A program made the position numbers and the translations under genes. A stretch of DNA of 62,954 nt, the filler included, from Octopus bimaculoides (Eukaryota), in NCBI RefSeq assembly GCF_001194135.2. It is 9 parts of 9 records of this genome, joined end to end, with 100 filler letters (N's around TTAATTAATTAA, not from the genome) between each part and the next. Parts side by side here need not be neighbours in the genome. Positions count along the whole stretch, not along the records: positions 50,200 to 53,498 come from NW_026311321.1; positions 53,599 to 56,735 come from NW_026336072.1; positions 56,836 to 57,953 come from NW_026429531.1; positions 58,054 to 59,081 come from NW_026303527.1; positions 59,182 to 61,279 come from NW_026314150.1; positions 61,380 to 62,954 come from NW_026363497.1; 3 more parts are not named here. One strand, 5' to 3'. Each line of letters starts with the position of its first letter. The stretch's first letter is position 1. This document shows, one piece after another, positions 52,096 through 62,954 of the stretch. The notes below the pieces were generated by a model. That model ran no database searches. It saw only the letters and a program-made list of their open reading frames with translations, and was not told the origin of the DNA.

Positions 52096-53446
52096 GTGGT
52101 TTATTTTCTACATTGGCTGGTCTGTCAGATTTACAACTTGGTTCCAATGACATAACTACTATACCTGAAGAGATTTTCATCAAACGAAAATCACTGAGTT
52201 TTCTGGATCTATCCAATAATCATATTTCCAAGATGCCCAAAAGTTTTTCAAAAGAGTTAACTCGAATAAGAAAATTATATTTAGATTCTAACAAACTTGG
52301 AAAATTCTTATCTACTGACAAAAAGGGCTTCCTGCTGAGTGGTCTTAAAAATCTGGAAANNNNNNNNNNTCTACTGACAAAAAGGGCTTCCTGCTGAGTG
52401 GTCTTAAAAATCTGGAAATTATTGATTTATCTCATAATGAAATTCAAGGCCAATTGTCTAAGAAAATCTTTCAAAACAATAAACATCTGAAATATGTTTA
52501 TTTCAGGGGAAATAAAATTACTGGATGGGAAAACAACACATTTGAGGTAACAAATTTAACACTGATGGAACTTGATGTCAGTAATAACTTCATATTTACT
52601 TTTGATAGTGATTCTTTAAAGTATATAAACAGGAAGAAAAAGTTCAACGTTACTGGGAACCCATTTGCATGTGACTGCAATCTTCGTTGGTTCAGGGACT
52701 GGTTAAATACTACAACAGTAGATATTGTAGACAAAAATGGCCTGACGTGCAACAGTCCTCCAGATTGGCAGGACAAGCAATTGCTTGATTTCACTCGGTC
52801 AAAGATAGATTGTACTGACTATACGCTTTACTATATCTTAGGTGGTGTAGGTGGAGGTTTTCTTTTAACTGTTGTCATAGTTTTATTTGCATACACTAAA
52901 CGTTGGTACATCAGATTTAAGATATTTAAACTTTATCAGTATGTACAGAAAGCAGGCAATAAAAAGGAGTATGAAGCTATACCTGGAGATGACATGTATT
53001 TTGATGGGTACATCAGTTACTCTGACAAAGATGCTGATTGGGTTGAAAAGTATTTGATGCACACATTTGATAATGGAGAAAATGGAGAAGATAAGAACAA
53101 TGGAAACTTTAAACTTTGCTTTCGAAACAGGGACTTTGCTTATGGAAAATATATTATTGGAATGATAGAAAGTTCTCTGGCTGTGAGTAAGAAAATGATA
53201 ATGGTTCTGACACCATATTATAAAAAAGACAAGAGATGTGAATTTGAATTGCAGCTTGGTATTATGAAGCTTAATATAAAAAATGTGATGCCTATTGTGC
53301 TCAAAAACTTACAACCAAATCAGATTCCTAATAGTCTGAAAGAAATCTTTGAAACAAATAAATTTATTGAATGGGACAATAATGAGTATGCTACAAACTT
53401 TATAAAACGTAAACTGGAAAATTTTCTTAATGAACGGAACTTCTAG
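52096..53446 (+). CDS. Toll-like receptor terminal exon: LRRs, LRR-CT (52658-52813), TM (about 52826-52894), TIR (about 52997-53428), stop
   Basis: Acceptor TTTCTTGCAG|GT at 52095/52096 is phase 1 and matches the donor at 50855. It is followed by six LRRs, NPFACDCNLRWF...TCNSP...IDC, a hydrophobic YILGGVGGGFLLTVVIVLFAY segment, then TIR motifs FDGYISYS and LCFRNRDF and a TAG stop at 53444-53446. The frame is continuous once the 49-bp duplicated overlap around the 10-N gap (52360-52369) is collapsed. Confidence 0.93.
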
Positions 53447-54213
53447 GTATATATAGTTCGTAACTACTAAGTGTATATATATATATATATATATATATNN
53501 NNNNNNNNNNNNNNNNNNNNNNNNNNNNNNNNNNNNNNNNNNTTAATTAATTAANNNNNNNNNNNNNNNNNNNNNNNNNNNNNNNNNNNNNNNNNNNNAG
53601 CTTCCATTGTTAAATAATGATGGCTGTTTTGTCTTTTGTCTATATTTTTAGTATTGTTGCACTGAGGTTAGTGTTTTCTTTTTTGTTTATTTCTTTGTGT
53701 GTTTGTTTTGGATTGTTGTTGTTTTTTTTAATGTTTGAATAAACAAAAGAATTTCTTATATAGACACACACACACACATACACACACATGATTATTGATC
53801 CTCCGTTGATTTCGACGAAGAGCATTTGAGTTGTTCGATCATCGGATCTCCCTAGACGTACGTTTAACTTAACGTCTAACCACACGGTCACGTGAGCCCT
53901 TTACGTGATTCTCATTTTCTCCCGTCGGTATTCTCAGCATATGACAGCATTCGGTATAGTCTATCTGACGGGATTCCACACAGTTTCCGTCCATCCGATT
54001 TAATTCACGAAATTTGGTACACCCAAAGCTAAGATAAAATTTAAAAAAAAAAAAAACACTTACCTCAGATTCGCATCTGAGATCTCGTGATTGTTAAAAG
54101 AACTTTTATTCACTTGACTCTGCATCCATAGAAACAAAATTGGTATAATAATAATAATAATAATGACGATGACGATGATGATGATGATGGTGATAATGAT
54201 GATAATGATGATG

Positions 54214-54257
<44 letters not shown>

Positions 54258-54271
54258 CATAATAATAATAA

Positions 54272-54498
54272 TTTAGTTCATTATTGCCTGCGGGGGGGGG
54301 GCTAAACATAGAGGGGATAAACAAGGACAGACAAGGGGATTAAGTCGATTACATCAACCCCAGTGATAAACTGGTACTTATTTAATCGACTCCGAAAGGA
54401 TGAAAGGCAAAGTCGGAATTTGAACTGAGAACGTAACGGCAGACGAAATAGCGCTAAGCATTTCGCCCGGCGTGCCAACGTTTCTGCCAGCTCGCCGC
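54272..54498 (-). mobile_element. SINE family C (OR2-like), well preserved, within a (TAA)n tract
   Basis: Reverse complement GCGGCGAGCTGGCAGAAACGTTGGCACGCCGGGCGAAATGCTTAGC...CTTTCATCCTTTCGGAGTCGATTAAATAAGTACCAG. Confidence 0.9.
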
Positions 54499-54627
54499 GT
54501 TAATAATAATAACTGAGAGTGATTGAGAAAGGATGGTGGTTATAAGCACTTGGGAATACTGGAAGCAGACGGAGAAATGAAACAAATGATCAGCAGGTAA
54601 TACACAAGGAGAGTAAGAAGATTATTG

Positions 54628-55292
54628 AGATCTATTTCAAAACGGGGGCACCAGTTTTCATTTATGTTTTATGTAGTGTTTTTGGTACGGAAAGACTTTC
54701 AAACTTCGTGTACTTATCTATTTTGTGTTATAGAACAGAAAAATATTTTTGTATTCGAATTTATTTCATGTAAAAAATTGTCTTATTTCGATAATTTCTA
54801 CTAATCACTGACGTCTATTCAGTTGAAAACAGTTAGCGCTGTAACGGTGTATATCGTATTAATCCCCTAACCCTAACCCTAACTAGACTATTAACCCTAA
54901 CCCTAACCCTAACCCTAACCNNNNNNNNNNNNNNNNNNNNNNNNNNNNNAAAATTGTTACACACATAGATACGCACAGCGTAATTTATTATAGAAACAAT
55001 ATATGCGTATAAATTACGATTAAACCGGATGAAATATGTCACAGGGAATAACATTTTTATGACCGCCCAGCAGTAACTTTATTGAGCTGAATAGACGTCA
55101 GTGATTGGTTGAAATTACAGAAATACGACAACTTTAGCATGGAATAACTTGCGAATTCCTTTTTTTTTTTGTTAAGAAGACTAAGAGTAAAAGATGTCTT
55201 ATATGACACATTCTACCAGTGTCCCAAGTTTCAAAGTGTTTCGTTAGTGTTTCGTTAAGAAAATACTGGCGCCCCCGTTTTAAAATAGATCC
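54628..55292. mobile_element. MITE with 28-bp TIRs, 8-bp TSD and internal (CCCTAA)n
   Basis: TIRs 54628-54655 and 55265-55292 match at 25/28 positions. GATTATTG is duplicated at 54620-54627 and 55293-55300. Internal perfect 20-bp inverted repeat at 54803-54822 / 55087-55106. Confidence 0.85.
54865..54920 (+). repeat. Interstitial telomere-type repeat (CCCTAA)n
   Basis: Two runs of CCCTAA separated by a short spacer, continuing into a 29-N gap; inside the MITE. Confidence 0.9.
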
Positions 55293-55319
55293 GATTATTG
55301 CAGTTAAAGCTGAATCAAG

Positions 55320-55890
55320 AAATATTTATTGATGCAATAAATTCAAGGGCCGTACTCTTAATTAGATATAGAGTTGAAATTATAGACTGAGCCAAAAACG
55401 ATATAAAGAAAAACTAGAAAATTGTTGACGATGTATGGAGCCAACTATCCGAAAGCTGATATCAACCGACTGCACTTGAGGTGAGACTAGGGTGGAAGAG
55501 GCTTAATAGCAGTAAAAGAATGTACGGATGGAAAGAAAAAGTCTAGCAGAGTATTTACAGAGCAGCACTGGAAAATCTACTGAAGACAGTTAATAAAGAA
55601 CAGGTGATGAATCGCCTAACAGGAAAAAAGGATAAGAATAAAATACAAAGAGAGCACGTCAGACAGATTGAAGAGAAACCCCCTGCATGGTCAATTTTGG
55701 AGAACCAATGAAGACGTATGTGGAATAAAATCCTGGGCTTGGTTAAAAAAAAAGGGACAGTTAAAAAAAGAAACAAGGAGCCTAATTGTAACAGCCCAAG
55801 ATCAAGCGATAAAAACAAACAACTTGAGAAAAATATATAGAGAGAGAATGTGTCTGAAAAATGTAGAGCTTGTGGAACTTGGAACGAGAT
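55320..55890 (+). mobile_element. R4/Dong-like LINE fragment (second lineage)
   Basis: KTRKLLTMYGANYPKADINRLHL...GGRGL and PLHGQFWR...WLKKKGQLKKETRSLIVTAQDQAIKTN...KCRACG motifs. Confidence 0.8.
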
Positions 55891-56453
55891 GACTGACGGG
55901 AGCCTCCTCCAATAGGTGTCTCTACCTTCAGACTTTAAGACTACCACAGACACCTACTACTCTCTTTAAATTCCTTTCACTTTGCTCTATTTTTTTTACC
56001 CTGTCTTCCTCTACCTCCTCATCCTCTCTCTTATCTTCTCGGCTACTCCATACACAATTCTTAGACACCATACACCTACACGCCTTACTTTATCCTAAAG
56101 CCAATCCTTAACTTCACCCCTCACTCTATCTACCACTCTTTCTATTTATTTTATTCTCTTTCCATTTATCCCTTAATAGCCACCTCCGTTACCATTCTTT
56201 TATTGAACGTTGATATGCTCCCGTCCTTTTTATCTGGATGTCTGCTATATCAGGATTTTAACCCACATGAATCTACGTAGGATCGCACCTAAGGACTTCT
56301 GCTCTTGTTTCTATAACTTCAGAAAGTTGGACTATGAACTTTTATGCTTCCTTTTTCTTCTTTCTTTCCATCTCCTTATTCTTTTACTCCTTTCCTCTAC
56401 ATCGTCATCTCATTAATATATACCATTCTCATTTTCCCTATTTTTCCCTATTT

Positions 56454-56513
56454 GTCTCTGATGACGTACGGAATATCCCATACTCGAGGATATCCCAGAA
56501 ACAGCTGGAAGAC
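56454..56513 (+). ncRNA. Type I hammerhead ribozyme motif (PLE-type), cleavage triplet apparently mutated
   Basis: GTCT-CTGATGA-[GGAATATCC..GGATATCC stem II]-GAAAC-AGCT-GGA-AGAC. Stem I is GTCT/AGAC and stem III carries the palindrome CAGCTG. Confidence 0.6.
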
Positions 56514-56592
56514 TGGATTTTTTCTAATAATAATGGTGTATACGACTTGAAATGTTTGCCTTGCCTTAATGTTTGTTGTCCTCATTAACGAT

Positions 56593-57525
<933 letters not shown>

Positions 57526-58053
57526 ATTGCTACTAGTAGTTATTTTACAGGGTGGTGGAGTATTCACACACAGCCACGGACTTACACACAAAAGTATATC
57601 CGTATCTCCTCACCGTCTCTCACCCACCCATCCACGAACGCCACCCACAAACGCATACGATACACACCACCCCTAAACCCACCAACACCACACCGTAAAA
57701 CAGGCTTTATAGCCCCTGTCACACAGACCCTTATCTCCCGAAACATCGACATCTACGAGCAAAAGGACACGGGATCAAATCGCACCGTTTCCATTGTTTA
57801 GCATTTTAATGTCGTTTGTTGGCTTAATGTTTTCGTTGATGGAGTCGGGTATGTTTCCGCCTGATAACGGGGTAGATTGGGATGGATGTCGATGTATCCC
57901 ATATCTGCTGTCATTATTATATACCTGACGAAGTACTCGACCCGACGGTTTTCNNNNNNNNNNNNNNNNNNNNNNNNNNNNNNNNNNNNNNNNNNNNTTA
58001 ATTAATTAANNNNNNNNNNNNNNNNNNNNNNNNNNNNNNNNNNNNNNNNNNNN

Positions 58054-58475
58054 AGTAATTTGCACAAGCCTTTTGCACAGGTAATTATTCAAAATGCTGG
58101 AAATATCTTCGCCCTTTGTAAACACATTTAATTCTTTGAAATAAAGAAATTAATTTACGATTTGATCATCATCAATGAAACGAATAAATGCTAAGAGCTG
58201 TGTTTTGTTGGTGTTGTCTGTTGACTCATCAATTTGTAATGCAAAATCTGAATACGGAAGATTATTACTACAGGCATTTTCTCGATATTAGATGACATTT
58301 CTAGAATACGTCTGTGGAGAGTATCGTTAGACAGCGGGATCATTTTTATTTCTTTTGCTTCTTAATTTCACAGCATTGTCTTCACAATAGTCTTAAACGC
58401 AGGCAGAATGAGTGATTCGCCTAAAGTATGAGCTTTCATATATTTTGCTATTACTTGTGTGCTTGTTATTGTGAA
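58054..58475 (-). mobile_element. hAT (Buster/Charlie-like) transposase fragment
   Basis: KAHTLGESLILPA...IPLSNDTLHRRILEMS...FALQIDESTD...LLAFIRF...TKGEDI motifs, with stops and a frameshift. Confidence 0.85.
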
Positions 58476-59081
58476 CATTAACAAATCAGAGATATCTGCA
58501 CTTAAACGCATACAAAACGATGAAACAATAATAATTAAACAAGCAGAAAAAGGGGGTGCAATCGTCATCATGGATATGGAATACTACAAAGATTTGGTTG
58601 AGGAACAACTAAAGGATACAACCTTCTATTGTGAAATACCCTCGAACATAGACCACCACATCATGAAGAAGATCAGCCACCTAGTTTCTAAACACTACAA
58701 CTCACTCACTGACAATGAAAGAGACTACATCACCAACTTCGAACCAAAACCCAGTAGCTTTTACGGCTTACCCAAAATACATAAGTCAGAAGATATTCAA
58801 CAGGCAGTAAAAGAACAAGGAAGTGAATACATAAAAGTGCTACATCCAAAAGATTTAAAACTTAGACCAATTATAGCTGGCCCAGTATGCCCTACTCACC
58901 GTCTAAGCAATTTCATCGATATTCTTTTGAAGCCACTATGTACATACATACCCAGTTTCATCCGGGATAACATCGACTTTTTATCCCATCCTCCCAAAAC
59001 CACTGAAACAAATTTTATCCTACTAAGCTTTGATGTAGTAAGCCTATATACAAATATCCCACATGATTTAGGAATAAAGGC
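58474..59081 (+). mobile_element. Penelope-like element reverse transcriptase fragment (stop-free, runs into gap)
   Basis: IIIKQAEKGGAIVIMD, FYGLPKIHK, LRPII and SFDVVSLYTNIP are diagnostic PLE RT motifs. Confidence 0.92.
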
Positions 59082-59489
59082 NNNNNNNNNNNNNNNNNNN
59101 NNNNNNNNNNNNNNNNNNNNNNNNNTTAATTAATTAANNNNNNNNNNNNNNNNNNNNNNNNNNNNNNNNNNNNNNNNNNNNATAGATACATATATAAATA
59201 TATATATGTACACGCATCGTCTGACCAAGAGATAACATAACTGGCCACCAAAGATTCCGATTTAATCTCTTTACGGCCCTTGCTACGGACACGACGGCTA
59301 TCACGCTGGCTTAATCGTATCTCGTTTTAGCGCCATTTTGCAAAATGGCTGAATCGCTGCTTGAGATGTTCCCCAGCTTTGCTTTATAAGCTGCGTCTCT
59401 TTACACCCGAACGAACGCCACGCACACAGACACATACACACTGGTACACGCATATACACACACTTATGTATGACTATTAGTATGTATAC

Positions 59490-59523
<34 letters not shown>

Positions 59524-60449
59524 GTATATGTATGTATACTTACATATATATGTTCTCAGGAATACATATATGTATGTATGAACGCGTGTGCTTATATGTA
59601 TGTACCTACATGTATGTGTATGCATATATATATATATANNNNNNNNNNNNNNNNNNNNNNNNNNNNNNNNNNNNNNNNNNNNNNNNNNNNNNNNNNNNNN
59701 NNNNNNNNNNNNNNNNNNNNNNNNNNNNNNNNNNNNNNNNNNNNNNNNNNNNNNNNNNNNNNNNNNNNNNNNNNNNNNNNNNNNNNNNNNNNNNNNNNNN
59801 NNNNNNNNNNNNNNNNNNNNNNNNNNNNNNNNNNNNNNNNNNNNNNNNNNNNNNNNNNNNNNNNNNNNNNNNNNNNNNNNNNNNNNNNNNNNNNNNNNNN
59901 NNNNNNNNNNNNNNNNNNNNNNNNNNNNNNNNNNNNNNNNNNNNNNNNNNNNNNNNNNNNNNNNNNNNNNNNNNNNNNNNNNNNNNNNNNNNNNNNNNNN
60001 NNNNNNNNNNNNNNNNNNNNNNNNNNNNNNNNNNNNNNNNNNNNNNNNNNNNNNNNNNNNNNNNNNNNNNNNNNNNNNNNNNNNNNNNNNNNNNNNNNNN
60101 NNNNNNNNNNNNNNNNNNNNNNNNNNNNNNNNNNNNNNNNNNNNNNNNNNNNNNNNNNNNNNNNNNNNNNNNNNNNNNNNNNNNNNNNNNNNNNNNNNNN
60201 NNNNNNNNNNNNNNNNNNNNNNNNNNNNNNNNNNNNNNNNNNNNNNNNNNNNNNNNNNNNNNNNNNNNNNNNNNNNNNNNNNNNNNNNNNNNNNNNNNNN
60301 NNNNNNNNNNNNNNNNNNNNNNNNNNNNNNNNNNNNNNNNNNNNNNNNNNNNNNNNNNNNNNNNNNNNNNNNNNNNNNNNNNNNNNNNNNNNNNNNNNNN
60401 NNNNNNNNNNNNNNNNNNNNNNNNNNNNNNNNNNNNNNNNNNNNNNNNN

Positions 60450-60506
60450 GGCGGTGCTCCAGCATGGCCGCAGTCAAATGACTGAAACAAGTAAAATAGT
60501 AAAGAG
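60450..60506 (+). mobile_element. SINE family A tail emerging from a gap
   Basis: GCGGTGCTCCAGCATGGCCGCAGTCAAATGACTGAAACAAGTAAAA. Confidence 0.8.
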
Positions 60507-61094
60507 TATATATATATATATATGTATGTATGTATGTGTGTGTGTGTGTGTGTGTGTGTGCCAGAGACAGACAGACAGACACACTCGAGTGGTTTCTAGT
60601 CTTGTATTTTCTCTCAGAATTCCTTACGTGTCTCCAAAGCATTGACGTCACCGTGTGTAGCTAACGTTTCTGCCAGTTCGCCGCCTTTGTGTGTGTGTGG
60701 CCGCACGTTTCTTTCTTTGTGTTTATTCCTGCGTGTGACTTTTCTTTCTCGCTTTGTGTAATCTTCTCATGTCTGCCTGTCTGACTGTCCATTTGTCTGT
60801 CTATCCTTCTATCTACCTATCTTTCTATCCGTTTGCCCGTCTCGTCTATTTACTCACGTGACCCACACTCTGCCAACGCCACACAGAAACCTTATTCTGT
60901 TGTGTATTATATATATTCGGCGAGCTGACAGGATGCGTTAGTAACTCCGCGCAAAATACTCAACCGCAACTCTTTTGAGTTCTGAGCTCAGATCCGTTCT
61001 GTAGCGCTTTTAAACACTTCTAATGTGTGTGTGTGTTTGCGTGTGTGTGTAAATGAAGCTATGGAAAAAGTGAAAATGTGTGTATTTGTCACGT

Positions 61095-61251
61095 TTTTTT
61101 TCTCTCATTTTTTCCCCCTTATTCTTTCTGTTGAAGAGCGTAGTTCGAAACGTTAAAGACTTTCTCTATTCCCGAGCGTTAAACTAATACATCCTTTCGT
61201 TGTATACACCACCTGTCCTCGTCTGTTGTTGTTTTTTTCGTAAATTCTCCC
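61095..61251 (+). repeat. PLE-type hammerhead-like repeat, copy 4
   Basis: TCTTT-CTGTTGA-A-GAGC-GTA-GTTC-GAAAC-GTT-AAAGA at 61123-61159. Confidence 0.75.
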
Positions 61252-61739
61252 ATATGTATATGTATATATATATATATATNNNNNNNNNNNNNNNNNNNNN
61301 NNNNNNNNNNNNNNNNNNNNNNNTTAATTAATTAANNNNNNNNNNNNNNNNNNNNNNNNNNNNNNNNNNNNNNNNNNNNTGTAGAACCATGTTTTTTTTT
61401 TCTCATAGCGAACTCTATGAGAAATTTTATTTTTTATATGAAATATGAAAATGTACAAGCTACTTAAAGCGCTGACTTGGAAATTATGGAACCTTTTATA
61501 CACTCTTTCCTAATAATGTTTATGCGTGCGTTGTCGTAATCTACACGTAATATATTTTAAAATTTTCAGCTCGCTATGCAAGTTAAATTTTCTTAATAAC
61601 AATTTGTCATTAAATTTTTTCGTAAAGGGAAGCATTGGTATGTGGGTACTTCATTGTACTTTTCTTGAACTAACGGAGAGTGCCTAAACTTTTGTGCAAT
61701 TTATTTTATATTGTTTACCAGATTTCAATCTTCTTGACT

Positions 61740-62260
61740 TGTAAACGCCAAACGCAGAACTTCAGACATTATTCTGCTACGGCCTTATAGGAAATATTAA
61801 GACGATCAAAGTTCTCAAACAGCTTGTTCAGAAGACCAACTTCTCCGATTTCAATATTTCTGACATATTCTAAAATAAGTAGACTACTCCTCTCTCTTAG
61901 ATATATTCTTTCCAACAAGTGAACTTCAAAAAAATATGTGGACCAAAGAATTCGACTATTCTAGACAGAATTTGGAAACTGACGAAAGTAGTCCTTAAGA
62001 AATGTGTAATACCTTCTCAAAAGCTGATTGTCTATCAAGCTTTCATTATCTCACAATTATTCTTCTTCTAAAGACCGCGCGGATGTGCTTTCTAGTGTGA
62101 AGAAGACCCAAAAGGTCAATTAAAATCAGCGCTCAAAATGGCTGGGATTGAGATAGAATATTGGAAATACAAGACCAGGACTGTCTCAACTGGTGTCAAG
62201 TTATCACCGTCATAACTGAAGTCAAAACCAGCGAAAGGAAAATTGACAGAAAAACGTAGC
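61740..62260 (+). mobile_element. Very degenerate RTE-like LINE 3' fragment
   Basis: NIKTIKVLKQ and DPKGQLKSALKMAGIEIEYWK resemble the RTE C-terminal region; heavily mutated. Confidence 0.45.
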
Positions 62261-62339
62261 TATCGGAATATGGACATGAACGCCATCAACATATAGGAAC
62301 TATTCAATCAAAAGGTAACTCTTGGATACGAGAAATAAA

Positions 62340-62412
62340 CGACGACGATGACGACGACGGCAACGACGACGACGGCAACGACGACGACGATGGTGACCAC
62401 GACGACGACGAT
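62340..62412 (+). repeat. (GAC)n imperfect microsatellite
   Basis: GACGACGATGACGACGACGGCAAC run. Confidence 0.9.
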
Positions 62413-62753
62413 GTATTCATACATCTAAATATCATATATATATTAGGTTGTGAATTAGGTCTTGTCGTATTTGAAGATGGGAGAGGAGCAAATGTTATTT
62501 GACCTTAATTGCTATGTTTGATCAAGATAGTATTTCCCTTCTTTATTGATAACATATTTGCATCTATTTGGCAAATTGTTGATCCCTCGAGCATAAAATT
62601 CTTCAGGATTCGAAACAAAGAAACAATCGATATCGTTTAAAACTCTTTAAAGTTAATAAGCTGTTTTCACTTTAACCTATGATCTAAAATGATAATTGTT
62701 AGATGAAGCAGTGCTACAACCTTTTCCTGAGTGACTTACATATATATATATAT

Positions 62754-62945
62754 GGGAGAATATACAAATAATAACAACAGACGAGGACAGGTGGTGTAAA
62801 TAACAAAAGTATATATTAGTATGACGCTCGGGAATACGGAAAGTCTTTGACGTTTCGAGCTACGCTCTTCAACAGAAAGAATACGGAGACAAGGAGAAAA
62901 ACACGAAGAAAAAAAATTGAATAGTGTTCAGTCAACGGTCAATCA
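62754..62945 (-). repeat. PLE-type hammerhead-like repeat, copy 5
   Basis: Reverse complement of 62844-62880 is TCTTT-CTGTTGA-A-GAGC-GTA-GCTC-GAAAC-GTC-AAAGA, with a canonical GUC triplet. Confidence 0.78.
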
Positions 62946-62954
62946 TATATATAT

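Noticed and set aside
50200-53446. TLR as a frameshifted pseudogene
   Set aside because: Both apparent frame breaks coincide with assembly gaps, one with an exact 49-bp overlap, and there are no in-frame stops.
54865-54920. True telomere or chromosome fusion point
   Set aside because: Short, single orientation, and enclosed by TIRs with a TSD.
57925-57953. CTGACGAAG possible hammerhead start
   Set aside because: No GAAA or closing stem before the gap, so it cannot be evaluated.

Overview
AT-rich, microsatellite-saturated animal genomic scaffold with many N gaps. The tRNA-derived SINE families resemble the octopus OK/OR1/OR2 types, so this is most likely a coleoid cephalopod (Octopus); that is an inference from recalled consensus sequences, not a database match. 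There is one well-supported protein-coding gene: a single-cysteine-cluster Toll-like receptor on the + strand (about 50200-53446; LRRs, LRR-CT, TM, TIR). It has one phase-1 intron, is broken by gaps and an unmerged contig overlap, lacks its 5' end, and has an atypical TIR (BB-loop RDFAYG instead of RDFxPG). A candidate exon of an unknown gene lies on the - strand (8222-8551). The rest is transposon debris: several SINE lineages, R4/Dong-like and RTE-like LINE fragments, Penelope-like (PLE) RT and GIY-YIG fragments, Tc1/mariner and hAT remnants, MITEs, a foldback element and a probable non-autonomous Helitron. The most unusual signal is a ~190-bp repeat present five times, mostly next to microsatellites. 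It carries a minimal type I hammerhead-ribozyme-like fold with a CUGUNGA core instead of CUGANGA. A second, canonical-core hammerhead motif lies at 56454-56513. No rRNA, true tRNA gene or CRISPR array is supported. Nearly all listed ORFs are microsatellite or N-gap artefacts.
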